Assembly (NCBI GenBank): GCA_030141605.1
Contig: JAQGDQ010000052.1
Coordinates: 372,001-436,000, forward strand
From: Tubiluchus corallicola
Lineage: Eukaryota > Animalia > Priapulida
Reading direction: 5' to 3'
Length of the DNA: 64,000 bases
The notes beneath the pieces were generated by a model. That model searched no databases. It was not told where the DNA came from and saw only the letters and a list, made by a program, of their open reading frames with translations. Each line of letters begins with the position of its first letter. The first letter of the stretch is position 1. Positions 28,320-42,980 of this stretch are shown in pieces. A program made the position numbers and the translations under genes.

Positions 28320-28449
28320 AGGCGAGGCCATATACGACATGTCCTAAATTTCTGAATAATTTTACTAACGTTAGACTTATTAATTAATGATTTAGAGAAT
28401 TTGTTCTTGTTCATATGCCTTATCATGTGCTTTTGGTGTGCTTATCAGA

Positions 28450-28600
28450 AGCCAAGTAATCTTGATTTGACGCCCAGGTCTGTGTAGCTGGTGCTGCTAC
28501 TGGTTAACACTGTAGAACGATACCGAGCCAAGTATCTGGATTTGCCTGCGAGGTCTGTGTGGCTGGTGCTGCCTGCTGGCCAAGCGTGTGAAGCCAACCA
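28450..28600. repeat. Diverged dimer of a ~77-bp unit
   Basis: agccaagta.tct.gatttg....aggtctgtgt.gctggtgctgc..ctgg occurs at ~28450 and ~28526. Confidence 0.75.
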
Positions 28601-29457
28601 GATAAGGTACTCTTGATTGTCTCTCTATCTTACAAATAACGATGTGTCGATTACAGGTCCTAAAAAGCTACAATCCAGACACGAGAACGTTAACACACTA
28701 GATCCGGATTCAAGAAAGTAAAGACACGTCCTGGACATTTTGTCTAGTGTGAACGGGGTTACTGACTGGCAGTGCAAACACGTAAAATAATTCGTGCTCG
28801 CCTCATGTCGAGCACTTGTATGAACACGGCCTTAGTTAATAAGTTTTATTGGCTATTAGACGCCTGACAAATAAATGTAATTAATCACACGCCCCATAAA
28901 CGATTACCGATATTTTTATTATACCCGCGAAATTGCTTGCCGTCCTTGATTCTATCAAGCCTCGCCTGTGCTGAAAAAACCATGGTGCTGTGGAAATCGT
29001 TATGTAATCCTGGATTTCACTCTGCTGCTATTATTGGCTTTAAGTCCTGAAGCATAATTTTCGACGAATTCATCGAAGAATGACAGAAAAAACATTATCA
29101 CGGCCACTTTAATGCGAAATCTAGCGCAAAGTGCTGGCAACATCCGGAATTAAATTCATCCACTCTTGGAGAAAGAGGTGCTACTTACGATCATCAATAC
29201 GCAGAGCTTCTAATGAAATCACGAATTGAATTTGAGCCTGCTTGGGATTTAAAATATCAATATAAAGCTGCACTTTCAAGCTTTCATAAGCCATTTAATT
29301 CACAAGTAAAGAAATTTTTATTCTGGGTTTGTACTCAGGCAGACCTCCTCTTCAGTACATTTTTCTAACCAAATAAAATTCAAAATGTCTGTCCATTTTG
29401 CGTTTATCTGCTTATTTAATTGCCTACCTGCATAACCCCTCTTACTTTCCCGGCTAC

Positions 29458-29578
29458 TTGTCTGTCTGCCTTTTAGTCAGTCAGCCACTCACTCACTCAG
29501 TCGGTCGGTCGGTCAATCAATCTGTTTGTCTGTCTGTCCGTCCATCTATCTGTGTCTGTCTCTCTGCATGTCTGTGAG
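29458..29578. repeat. Compound tetranucleotide microsatellite (CAGT/CACT/CGGT/CTGT)
   Basis: Directly visible. Confidence 0.85.
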
Positions 29579-32025
29579 TCCAAAGCCACATTCCATCCTG
29601 TGCAATCGCTGGTCATTATAATACCCCAATCTGAATTGTCATCATATAAATTTCTCACAATTACACCTTTACAGTGTTCATTAATGAATCAATTTTTTAA
29701 CTAAATTTCTTTTTTAATTGCAATCAAATGAAAAAATGGGTTTCAATGGATCCTTAAAAACTATTTCACTTAATACCTTTATAATACTTACATGTTGGGA
29801 AGGCTAAAAGCACTCCAATAATTGCCTTCAAAGGAAAAAGTGAATTTGCTGGAAATATTCATACAGATTGCGTGTTCATTGGTTAAATAACTAAACGGTC
29901 CATTACTTATGTCTAATCGTCCCCACACGTTGTGCTTTTTCGTTTACTTCAAATACGACATAGCGTACGCAAGAGCGCTCAGACCATGCCTTTAGCGCAC
30001 TGTTTCCCAAGAGTAATGCGGATATTAGTGCTTTCTTGTTATCAGGAGAATTTTTTACATAAACTGGCATAAATTGATATAAAAGAATTTTGTCTCAAAA
30101 CACACACTGTCATTTGATATCACAGACACGATATTAAGCTTCACTCTAAACTATTATAAACCAAATGAATTCTAGTAGAGACGGCCCAGATTTATTACTG
30201 TGTGCCGCACTAACGCTTTGTAAGCCTACAAAGTTTTTTTATAATGACTACATTTACTATATTTAAGTCCTACAATACATTTATCTTTGCACCTCGCTAT
30301 CGATCATTCATTGATAATGGCAAGTTTGAGTTTCACGTGCAACCAACAACTGAACAATGCGACTGTGGGGCTTATAGCCACGTTTGTTCATTTGCCTCAT
30401 GCCCTCATCTAGCAGAACTCATCTTTAAAATATGGACTAAAATCTTCTCATTATGCGAAAGTTCTCTTGTTTATTGTAAAAACCTTGGCTACTTATCATT
30501 ATTTCCTTCTTTTTTGATATTAATAGTGCACTGCCTAGTAAAATGAAAGATATTGGTTTGATCTAACGAGATGACAAAAAAAATGTATGTAGGTATAACA
30601 AATTGCAGCGTCAGTGTCTTGTGAGCATTTCAGTTTGGTACCTGCAACTGTATTCTCAAAATTATGCGCTTTGTGCGAGAAAAAAACGCGCCGCGTAAAT
30701 GATGCAAATTTTCATGCTGCGAAAACATTGTGAACAATATATTAGCTGACCGGAAAAAAGCAATGTATACTTCATACACAATACATGAAGAAACAGACTG
30801 GAGAGAATAATAACACGCTACAGAACTTGAAGTACGAACTATCATCGCCGGCATTGAAAATAACCCAAGCACATCTAGTCGGTTACCGCGAACCTTTCTT
30901 GAAAAACACAAGAAGCTTGTTTTCCAATATTGTTCTCATGTTTCAGGCAGTTGTTGGCAACTTGCAGCCACATTCATCAAATGCCACCCAAGCACTCCCT
31001 TCAACTATCAGTAATTGAATACCAAAACTCAAGTTTTTTTTGTTAACCATTAATTTATAATCATTAATCTTATAGTTGTGCATATTGACATTTCATGCGA
31101 TATACACACGGTGTACACTGTATTCAGTATAATCGTGCCCGGTTAAGAGTTCATCCACAGTATAAAATTCCTTCCGAATTATTTATACCGAGAAATTTTT
31201 TTCCTTAGTTTTGAGAAATTCCTTCCCTGAGAACCACATGTCTCTCGTAACAAAAAGTCCCCCTTTTTGAGAATTAATATTGTACATAAAATTGATAGCA
31301 TTGTAAATTAGATTTATGTCGTGCTTTGGCTTTCACACACACAACGAAAAATAGGACCACTTTTGGTAAAGCAGTGATATATGAACGCCTGAAGAAGACG
31401 CCTGGAGTAAACAATGCCCGTTACCAAATTCTTCGCAGCAAACGACAAAGACAATGGCAAATGATAAAGAAAGAAAGAAAAAGAAGGAAGAGAGGGGGAA
31501 GTGGAAGAGTTACCTTTGCTATATTGAACTTGAAAACAAACATATGAACTTAACAACTAAAATGTAGAAAGATATTACTTGAATAAAAAGTGTGTGCCGT
31601 TTTTTGGTCACTGAAAATCTTGTTTGACTTTATCAATAATGAGTTTTTTTGTTGGATAAGAGCATAATCCATCATCAAAGCCATGCAATTTGTGCAATTA
31701 CTTTTCAAGCCATCTCGATAACTGGCGGGATAAATGGATGAAACGTTCTGGATTACCGTGCTTAAATGAACGTTTGATCGACGATTGTCCAACATAATTT
31801 TGTAAAACTTACCTGAATAAGATTTTCATGGGTGAGGATTTTTATAGCTACTCTGATCAAATTATAAACGAAGGCTTATTTGTTCTCCTTTTCATATTCC
31901 GATTTTTCAATTCAATTTTTCATTACCAATTTTGCTGAAACACTAACTTCAGCATGATTTCGCTTTTTGAAAACTTGACTAAAAATCTAAAAAGTTGTAT
32001 GTTGTATAACTGTCAAAAGGCCCCA

Positions 32026-32128
32026 GTAAACTAAACTAAAGCGATTAAACTAAACTAAACTAAACTAAGCTAAGCCAAGCCAAGCCAAACCAACCCAACA
32101 AAACCTAACCAAACCAAATTAAACTAAA
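32026..32128. repeat. Pentanucleotide microsatellite (ACTAA/GCCAA/ACCAA)
   Basis: Directly visible. Confidence 0.85.
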
Positions 32129-35100
32129 GTCTACACAATACTGTGATTATGTTTCCGTCCTAGATCACTAAAATGAGGTCTAGAAAAGGCTCCTTAATAG
32201 TCTCATTATAGCCTCTTTTCGAAAAAAGATGTAAAAATTTGTAAGCTAACTGAAGAACGTTTATTGCCCGTATGACTTAAAACGGCGTTTTTGCACTCCT
32301 TGGTCATTTTCTTTTAATAAAACAGTACATATCTTAACAGTCGGTTCTGTGCGCCATATTTGCTCTGCCCATGCTCATTTTGGTCTTCAGGGAGTTAAAT
32401 AATGAAACTTGGCAAAACGAAATTAAATTTAGGCAAACTAAACTAACGAGTCAACATTATTGCCTTATGAAATGAAAAGATTATATTTGTTCGCCCATAT
32501 TAAATTTCATACTAATGGATAAATGACAGCATTAGATTGTATATACACGATTAAACAGGAGGCAAAACTTCACGCGAAACAGGTTGACAAGTAGTTTCAG
32601 TGAGATAAAAAAGTCACTGATAAGGCAACTCGAATGGATGCGAAGTCTAAAAAAGTTCTGGCAAATTTTTATTTTTTCGTCAGGAAAGTGAATTTCAAAA
32701 ATGTTTTGCCTATTTCCCTTACCATCGTTTACATGACATGGTTCAATTTTCAAGTACATTGATGTCTTAGTCTTAGCGCTAGGCCGGCCCTAACGCTTTC
32801 TAACACTTGGTCTTAACAGTTCAACTATAATTCTTAGCCACTAGCCTTCAGCTTTCTCAGGCACACGTACAATCTGTTGTTTTGCATGCATCTTCGTGGA
32901 ATACACTGTAACATGGTGTTTTCCCTTAAAGGAAAACCCCACGTAATCTTAAACTATACCAGAAAACAATCTACTCTATAAAATTAAGAAAAGGAACACA
33001 GTATTTGTTCAAGAATGACTTACGTGAAAGAATTATTACATTAGAAACGTAATTTCGCGTTCACGTTCTAGTTCCTCGCGTTACATGCATTTCGCCATTC
33101 GCTTATTTGATGGGCACTAGCGCCTGCATCTCGGGAACGGGTGCTATACCTCTCAGGTCAGAGGTGTTCGTTGTGCACACGTTCGAGAGCTCATGCGTGA
33201 GCACAGTGTTAAACTTGTGTAATTTCAATTTAAAACCTAAAATTTGTTGTGTATCTTATATTGTAGTACTTCAATTTTGTCTTTTGCAAACACACATGCA
33301 GTACGCTTGTGGAATGTTTATACCCGTTGAAAATTATGTTCAATTCTGACGTCATCACTAGCTAAGCTTGCCCTTCCCCATTTAATAAGTCGTGAAAAAT
33401 CACCCTGCTTGCCTTTAACTTTTCATAGTTAAAAATCTGATCGGGTAACAACGAGTCTTCAGCCCAGTAAAATCAAGGCTCTAAGCCGCCGACACATGCA
33501 CGGTTTTAGTAAAATATGAACACGCAGCTTTTTATTTTTTATACCTTGCTGATAAACATAGAGAGGTGAATCAGCAAAACTGAATAAAATACTTTACATA
33601 GAAAAATATAAAAGATGCATAAAAAGTAAAACTTTCACATAACCTCACTTACAGATATCATATTACTTCTTCACTTTTTCACTTACAGACTTACAGGCAT
33701 CTTACTATTCAAAACGCATACGTATTAAATTTTAATGTTGTGAAGTGAGAAAGATGCAAGATCAAGATGCAATGTAATTTACTTTCGCACGTAATCAATA
33801 ATTCGGTGATTAATGGACGGTGTAATGGCTTAGAAATAAACAAGTAAAATTACTTTATATAATAGTTAGCTCTGTGATTAATGAGACGTGTGTGATTAAA
33901 ACTACATCACCTACAACTGTTTAACACGCCTAAAGAAAATCATAGTTTTATAAATAATTTAATTATCTTGCATACAGCTGCCGTGCTCAGTTTTCTGAAA
34001 CACGTTTTCTTAATTAGAGCGCAAGTCCGTAACTGAAAAGTTTTACCAAAATCAACAGTTTGCTTAGGATAAAAAGAGAGTTTAACAGCCAGTCCGTATT
34101 CAAAACCATAACATAAAAGCGACACTACTTTATTGATTTGCTTTTTTCTGATGAACTAAGAATGAGGTAACTAACCCTGTGTTAGTAACTCATAGCGCTA
34201 CGGTATTTAAACAATATCGGCCCTAACGATTTCCGTCGACTCAAAAGTCCTAACTCAAAGTGAGTAACGTGAAATGTACCATTGGGAAAAAACTCTTAGA
34301 TTTAAGACGTGACTCCGACTAGAATTTCACTGACTTCATGTAATATCTAAAAACGTAGGATCCACTCTTAGCTCGTCGGCCGGAAGGATTTATTTTAGCT
34401 GCAAAACATTTATTGTAAGCCTATTTTAAAAAATTGATACAGTTGATTTAGCTAAAGTCATTCTTATTAGTCGATCGAAGGCGAGATATATTCTTAACTG
34501 TCTTCTCGGCCTGAAAGTCGTAATAAACCACACTTGTGCTTTTCCATGCCATACCATCACTTATTTGTGCCATTAAATTGTGCTTAAATGTTATATAAAT
34601 AATAGTTAGTTATTTATACAAATAATAGTTTTTAAACATAGACCATGATGTACTACGTCGTAACACCTTTTTCGTGACACGGCGCACACGCTGCAAAGTG
34701 TTGTATGTCTGTACAATTTGTCTGAGATGGATTTTTGCTTGTCTGCTGGATGAACTCGATATAACAAGCTTTGTCAGAAGCAGATTTTTATTAAATCGTA
34801 CTTAGTTTTTTGGCTCAGACAAACTGGGCAGACTGCATGATGTAATGCAATGTGCGTGTGTGTGTGCAAATGTTGCAGTATGGGGATACTTCATATATTT
34901 TGCTTGAAATTGTTACCAATTCTATATCATGTAGATCGAAGAAGCTACAAAAGATATGTAGGTCAAGTTGCCAGAAATAACGTTTTTATTTAAATTTTCT
35001 CTCGTGCGACGTTGTTAGGTTGGTTACTTTTTAAGTAGTGGTTGCTTATTTTTGACCTCACTTTATAGTACTTAATTCACAAAATACACATAAATTACTT

Positions 35101-36075
35101 AAGTGGCATTTACCTGGCATCCGAAATGCGTTATGCGTTATCTACCTGCGGAATGGCTGCGTTTAAAAATGAATAGGAAATAGCTGCAGAAAAAATAACG
35201 CATAACACAGGTCAGATAAACGGGTGTATTGAAAACAATCTAAAGCGATTTTATCTATTCCACATCCACCCACGCACATTCTTTACGTTAGCGCCACTTT
35301 ACGTGACGAAAGTTCTGACCCAGCTTGTACGCAATAGGCTTAAACCGTCTGATACTGTTTATTAGTCGGTAAAAAATTAATTAATGAAGGATTGTTGAAA
35401 TTCCAATGGAAAGCATAGATCAAAGAAAGCCGCCGTGTCACATGAAGCCGTGACCAGCATTATTTAGTTTCTACAACACGCATCATTGATCACTCTGTGA
35501 AGCAACTGTTTTGATAACAAGGTTTATGCGTCATTTTTTACTGTTAATATTGTTTCGCGTTGGCTTGTTCAATCATTTTATTCGCATTGCCACGTAATTC
35601 GAATGATTCAGTTCTTTCTTCTGTGCCAGCTTCATGTGGACCCTCTTGACAATGCCAGCAACACGAGGCTCCCCTCGCGACACCAAATGATGTCAATTAT
35701 ACAAAATAACTATTGAACATTAAAAATACAAAATGTAGCTTTTCACCAGGACTTGAGGTGTAAAAATTGATAGACAATCGGTAATATTATTGCAAATAAT
35801 AAAAAATACGTAATTGTAAAATTAAAGAAAACTCAAATTTGTGTCGTCATCTTCAGAGATCTAAAAGACAATATACCATATTCTAAACACTATGTGTTTA
35901 AAAACTACGAAGGTAATTATCAAAATTAAGAGAACGACTAAATAGTTACTTAAGTATAATTATGATATGTCACTCGCTATTTTACCGTCATACTGCAGAA
36001 TCACGTTTCTTAAAAAGAAAAACTGTTCGGTACAAATAATACCATCAAATGTGGTAATGCTTAACCGCAAAGGTG

Positions 36076-37003
36076 CAAGCCTGGATCTACGATATGGGCA
36101 ACCTGGGCATTTGCCCAGGGGCCCTTGAACCAAGAGGGGCCCTTTGCAATTGGGTATATATATATATGTTTTCCTCATGACTCAATTTAAACGCGAGCCA
36201 CGGCGGCTGGCACTTCTCCGACAGCCCCTGAACACAGCACTCGGTACTCCTGCAGAACTTCACCTGCTATCTAATCAGAATAAAATAAAAGTTGTTTACA
36301 ATAAATGAGGTCTCATGATTGTCTGTCGTATAAGTCATTTTGATGATTTCACAGGTAATGATTGGCAGCAGCTCACAATATACTGTTGATTGGCTAAAAA
36401 TAAATCGGGGCGGGACTGATAAAACATTACCAATCCAAGATCAGTTGTCCAGCGAACGAATAAGACAGTGTATGTGTGCAACCGATCCGTGATCAGATAT
36501 ATTGCATGTTCGAAAAGAGCAGGGAAAATAATAATAGATCACACAATCAGGCAATACACAATATACACAATGTACACCACCAAAAACATAAATATTACAC
36601 ACATACTGTAGGGGTTCTGTATAACAGGTTACAGTGGGAGTGATTGTAGAGGGGCCATATCTCTTGCTGAATCAAGCAGAGTCCTGTATGTGCATCCTGA
36701 TGGCAGCAGTGTGACGTGTGCGTTGAGTGGGTGATCTGGGTCATTTGTTATTGTCTGTGACAGTGCAAGGTGTGTTAGAACTCTGTGACTGAGCTTTGGA
36801 AGCTTTGGTGTGGGATGCTTTGTGATTTTGAATTCATTCATTCATTTTATCATTGTCACTTGTATTTTAGAGTGAGATGGTAATATTTGGTTTATTGAAC
36901 TGGTCAGAGATTTGCTCCATCCTCAGCTGGACCAGTCATTCAGCTTTGGACCAATAGGTGTGTAATTTGACATGCTCACATGATTGAAGTTGGCTGTAGC
37001 ACA

Positions 37004-37036
<33 letters not shown>

Positions 37037-37177
37037 TGTGTGTGTGCGTGTGTGTGTCTGGTGGTAACTCGAGTTGCCCGGGTGTAAATGTGGCCTCCTA
37101 AGGGTGTGGATTTTGGGGAAGGGGTCCCTCTGAGCTGACAGTGCTCAGGGGCCCCTGGGGGTACTGATCCGGCCCTG
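36076..37177. mobile_element. Non-autonomous hAT-like DNA transposon with 8-bp TSD
   Basis: TSD caaaggtg at 36068-36075 and 37178-37185. TIRs caagcctggatc / gatccggccctg match 9/12 (CAGGGCCGG type). GC-rich ggggcccc subterminal motifs occur at both ends. Confidence 0.85.
36520..36850 (-). mobile_element. 3' fragment of a Rex1/Babar-like LINE nested in the hAT-like element
   Basis: ORF 36629-36841 contains ITNDPDHPLNAHVTLLPSGCTYR, matching the I..D..HP.....LLPSGRRYR C-terminal signature of Rex-Babar ORF2. Confidence 0.7.
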
Positions 37178-38747
37178 CAAAGGTGGTAACTTCTAATGTT
37201 ATAGTAAACTCTAATGTTTCAAATATGGTGACCAAGAGGTTTATAGTTCAGTATTACATTGTTGAAGTATTGTACTCCAAATCTAGTAGTGACGATATAA
37301 AAATGCGAAATGAATGCAGGAAATTTATAGAAAGAAAATGCCAGACATGTTCGACATTTGTGCGCTGTTACAATATATTAAATATATGTGGTAGATTGTC
37401 TTTAGATCCCTAAAGGTGACACGATGTGCTGAAATACGTATTGGAGAAGAAAATCTAGCTGGTATTTAGCAACAATTCCAAAGCTATGTCATAAAAACAC
37501 GTTTATTATAATTTCTGTCACTTACAGAAATGCCAAGAAAGTATACGATTTACTCATAAGTCATAATACCTTAATCTCTCTCTACTTAATATATTTTACT
37601 TGTAGGAAACTGAACTATCCTATCCGATTTTATAATCACATCAGTTGAAGTATAGTTTTAGTAATTTTAATGTGTTACTGCATTTTAAATCTTCTGAGTA
37701 TAATTTGTAAAATTTGATTCGAGTTATCATTTGCCGCCATATTATTTGTTGACATGGTCTTGCAGCGTAAACTGAAGCTCACATTAAGTGCTAAAAGCTT
37801 AGATTTTTGCTATAATCTAAAACACTTGAAAGGGTAAAATTATTCATTCGAGTATTAATATGAAATATTCGTCGTGTCAGGAAAATGCACATATGATCTC
37901 AAAAATCTTGAATAATGTATTCAGTGATGAATGAAAGTCAATTTCAGCGTCAGTAAGATGCAATAACCCAGAATTTTGTAAATTTTGCATGTTGTACCAA
38001 GGTGAAAGCAGAAATATTAGATTTATTTCCACTTGGCTTTTTAAGCAAATAGGTTTTAACAATGCAAATTGAACTCCTGTACGAGAATAATACATCTTCA
38101 AATCGCGCAGGAGACAAAACTTAATTTAATTCTGAATGTTACCATTACACTACTACATAACCGTATATTTGCCTATAAGAGAGCTTTCTTAACAAGCCAA
38201 AGAATGTAACTATTTACAACCTAGGCATACCAAAATTAATAACTGTATTTAACATGCTGGGCTTTAAGAGATGTTATTGAATTGGCTTCGATTCGAACTG
38301 CAGATGAAAACTCGTGACTTCTAAATTCAGTAAGACCACAGTCGAACTGGTTGTCCACCGCTCATCTGCTCCACGCCCTCCTCCTTCCAATGGCCGTCCC
38401 CATTGACATCATGCCACACGACTTCAGTGGCTGTCATTATCGTTTAGTAATGTTGAAGCTTGGTCCGTCGTAAGAAATGACAATCAACAGTCTTGGATTC
38501 CCGTCTTGTGCAGTAATGTGGAATGTCATATCGACAGACAGCGAACAAGTTAAGCGTTTCTTCGTCTGAACCCAATGAGAAATGAGGCGATCAAGGCACA
38601 CAGTGGACCTTCACTGAAAAATGACACTATTCCAGCGCCGCCTATGAAGTATGAAGTATGACGGTTATGGGAGGCCAATTTCTTAACAATTTGTCACATT
38701 GTACGCGAAATACTATAGATCTAAAAACTAATTGTTTACTGCTACTA

Positions 38748-38779
<32 letters not shown>

Positions 38780-38798
38780 CCTGCTACTGCTGCAGCTA

Positions 38799-38896
<98 letters not shown>

Positions 38897-38906
38897 ACTA
38901 CTACTA

Positions 38907-38941
<35 letters not shown>

Positions 38942-38948
38942 ACTACTA

Positions 38949-38995
<47 letters not shown>

Positions 38996-39005
38996 ACTGC
39001 TGCAG

Positions 39006-39084
<79 letters not shown>

Positions 39085-39110
39085 CACTACTACCACTACT
39101 ACCACTACTA

Positions 39111-39217
<107 letters not shown>

Positions 39218-39218
39218 G

Positions 39219-39335
<117 letters not shown>

Positions 39336-39349
39336 TTACTACTACTACT

Positions 39350-39767
39350 CATTGTTGGCATCCTTATGTCTCGGAAGACAATGGATTGTGCGCCAAGAGT
39401 TATTGATAACATTAATGGAGCTGCAGCGTCGACTGTGGTTGAGCAATCCGATCCTTGAACCACTGGAGGGCCTCTCCAGGGCGCACACCTGGGCAAGGTG
39501 TATGGAGATCCTGAGTTGCCCAGACAATAGGAATCCCTCTCTTCCTCCCTGCCTCCCTGGTGTAGTCCAATGGAAAGCGGAGCGATACGTTTGCCACCAT
39601 GTTGGCTGCAGGAGCTGCCGGAGTCAGTGAGCGTGCTACACTGGTCCGCCTTCGGGGCTCCACTCCTGATTTGGAAGGTTTACTCCTCTACACATGGCCG
39701 TTGGGTCATTTGACCCCCTCCGCCATCTAGCCGTTGGCTGCTTGTGCTGAGTGTGGGCAACCCGCAA
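39350..39767 (-). mobile_element. Bipartite, internally deleted RTE-derived non-autonomous retroelement (copy 1)
   Basis: Minus strand: an RTE-type 5'UTR-like segment (ggagtaaacc..aaatcaggagtggagcccc..ggcagctcctgcagccaa..ctgggcaactcaggatctccatacac.ttgcccagg) is fused directly to the RTE ORF C-terminus SRIGLLNHSRRC and the 3' end ccattgtcttccgagacataaggatgccaacaa, followed by (TAG)n. Confidence 0.8.
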
Positions 39768-39825
39768 TACTACTACTATTGCTACAACAACAACAACAAC
39801 AACAACAGCAACAACAACAACAACA

Positions 39826-39912
<87 letters not shown>

Positions 39913-39913
39913 G

Positions 39914-40093
<180 letters not shown>

Positions 40094-40096
40094 ACT

Positions 40097-40233
<137 letters not shown>

Positions 40234-40270
40234 ACCTGCTGCTGCTGCTGCTACTACTACTGCTACTGCT

Positions 40271-40382
<112 letters not shown>

Positions 40383-40435
40383 CACTACTACTACTACTAC
40401 CACTACCACCACTACCACTACCACTACCACTACCA

Positions 40436-40555
<120 letters not shown>

Positions 40556-40569
40556 TTACTACTACTACT

Positions 40570-40987
40570 CATTGTTGGCATCCTTATGTCTCGGAAGACA
40601 ATGGATTGTGCGCCAAGAGTTATTGATAACATTAATGGAGCTGCAGCGTCGACTGTGGCTGAGCAATCCGATCCTTGAACCACTGGAGGGCCTCTCCAGG
40701 GCGCACGCCTGGGCAAGGTGTATGGAGATCCTGAGTTGCCCAGACAATAGGAATCCCTCTCTTCCTCCCTGCCTCCCTGGTGTAGTCCAATGGAAAGCGG
40801 AGCGATACGTTTGCCACCATGTTGGCTGCAGGAGTTGCCGGAGTCAGTGAGCGTGCTACACTGGTCCGCCTTCGGGGCTCCACTCCTGATTTGGAAGGTT
40901 TACTCCTCTACACATGGCCGTTGGGTCATTTGACCCCCTCCGCCATCTAACCGTTGGCTGCTTGTGCTGAGTGTGGGCAACACGCAA
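40570..40987 (-). mobile_element. Bipartite RTE-derived element (copy 2)
   Basis: Same 418-bp sequence 1220 bp downstream, with 5 substitutions counted and identical junctions; encodes SRIGLLSHSRRC. Confidence 0.8.
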
Positions 40988-41003
40988 TACTACTACTATT
41001 GCT

Positions 41004-41130
<127 letters not shown>

Positions 41131-41142
41131 CTGCTGCTGCTG

Positions 41143-41232
<90 letters not shown>

Positions 41233-41289
41233 TTACTACTACTACTACTACTACTACTACTATTACTACTACTACTACTACTGTCTATG

Positions 41290-42394
<1,105 letters not shown>

Positions 42395-42887
42395 TCTTAT
42401 TCAAGTGCTTTACTTGCTCAACCTGTACATACCATTTCTGTTTTTCTGTTGACAAAATAGTTTAGCAGATAACTTGTGAATAGAGTATCCTCAGAGTTGT
42501 TCCCCTTTCAAAGGGAAACTAGGCAATTTTTGCCGATGTTGTGTCAATTGCTTTTTTGCTTAAAGGTAATAATCACCCCGCATGTGACTTGTTTATGTTT
42601 TGGCGTTTACATATTTCAAAACGTTAAAACTTAAAGCTGTATCGATTTGCTCCTAATTCATCTAACCCTGTAGGCATTTACGCGATTTTCTAATAATCTG
42701 TCTAGCACATTCCTACTCGAGTTGCTAAAATTAAATACCAACGCTCGTTGACTATATTGCCAGGACCTCTAGAAGATGATACGTTTCTTTGATGCCACCG
42801 CCAATTTAAAACATTTCTACGCTATTGGCTTCACATTAGCTCAGTTGCTTCAAAGCTGTGACGATCAGGGTTATAAGCTCAAAGCGA

Positions 42888-42980
42888 GTTTGTCAGTGGA
42901 ATCGGGAAGCGATTTTGTCAGTGAATCGCTAGCTGATTCGTCATATTTTCTCAGTGAATCGCCAGCTGATTTCGTCGTGT
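42888..42980. repeat. Short degenerate minisatellite (~25-33 bp, 3 copies)
   Basis: tt.tcagtg(g)aatcg...gc(t)gatt repeated at ~42889, ~42914 and ~42947. Confidence 0.65.

Noticed and set aside
28740-28835. Harbinger-like TIR ends (gtgtgaacggggt; gtatgaacacggcc)
   Set aside because: No matching partner ends located.
32923-33418. Kolobok-like MITE bounded by TTAAAGG...CCTTTAA
   Set aside because: The ends match only over 7 bp and the interior TIRs do not correspond.
38340-38640. Possible RTE 3' tip on the minus strand (W..V...A..RRAW-like)
   Set aside because: Similarity is too weak and needs frameshifts; not supportable without a search.
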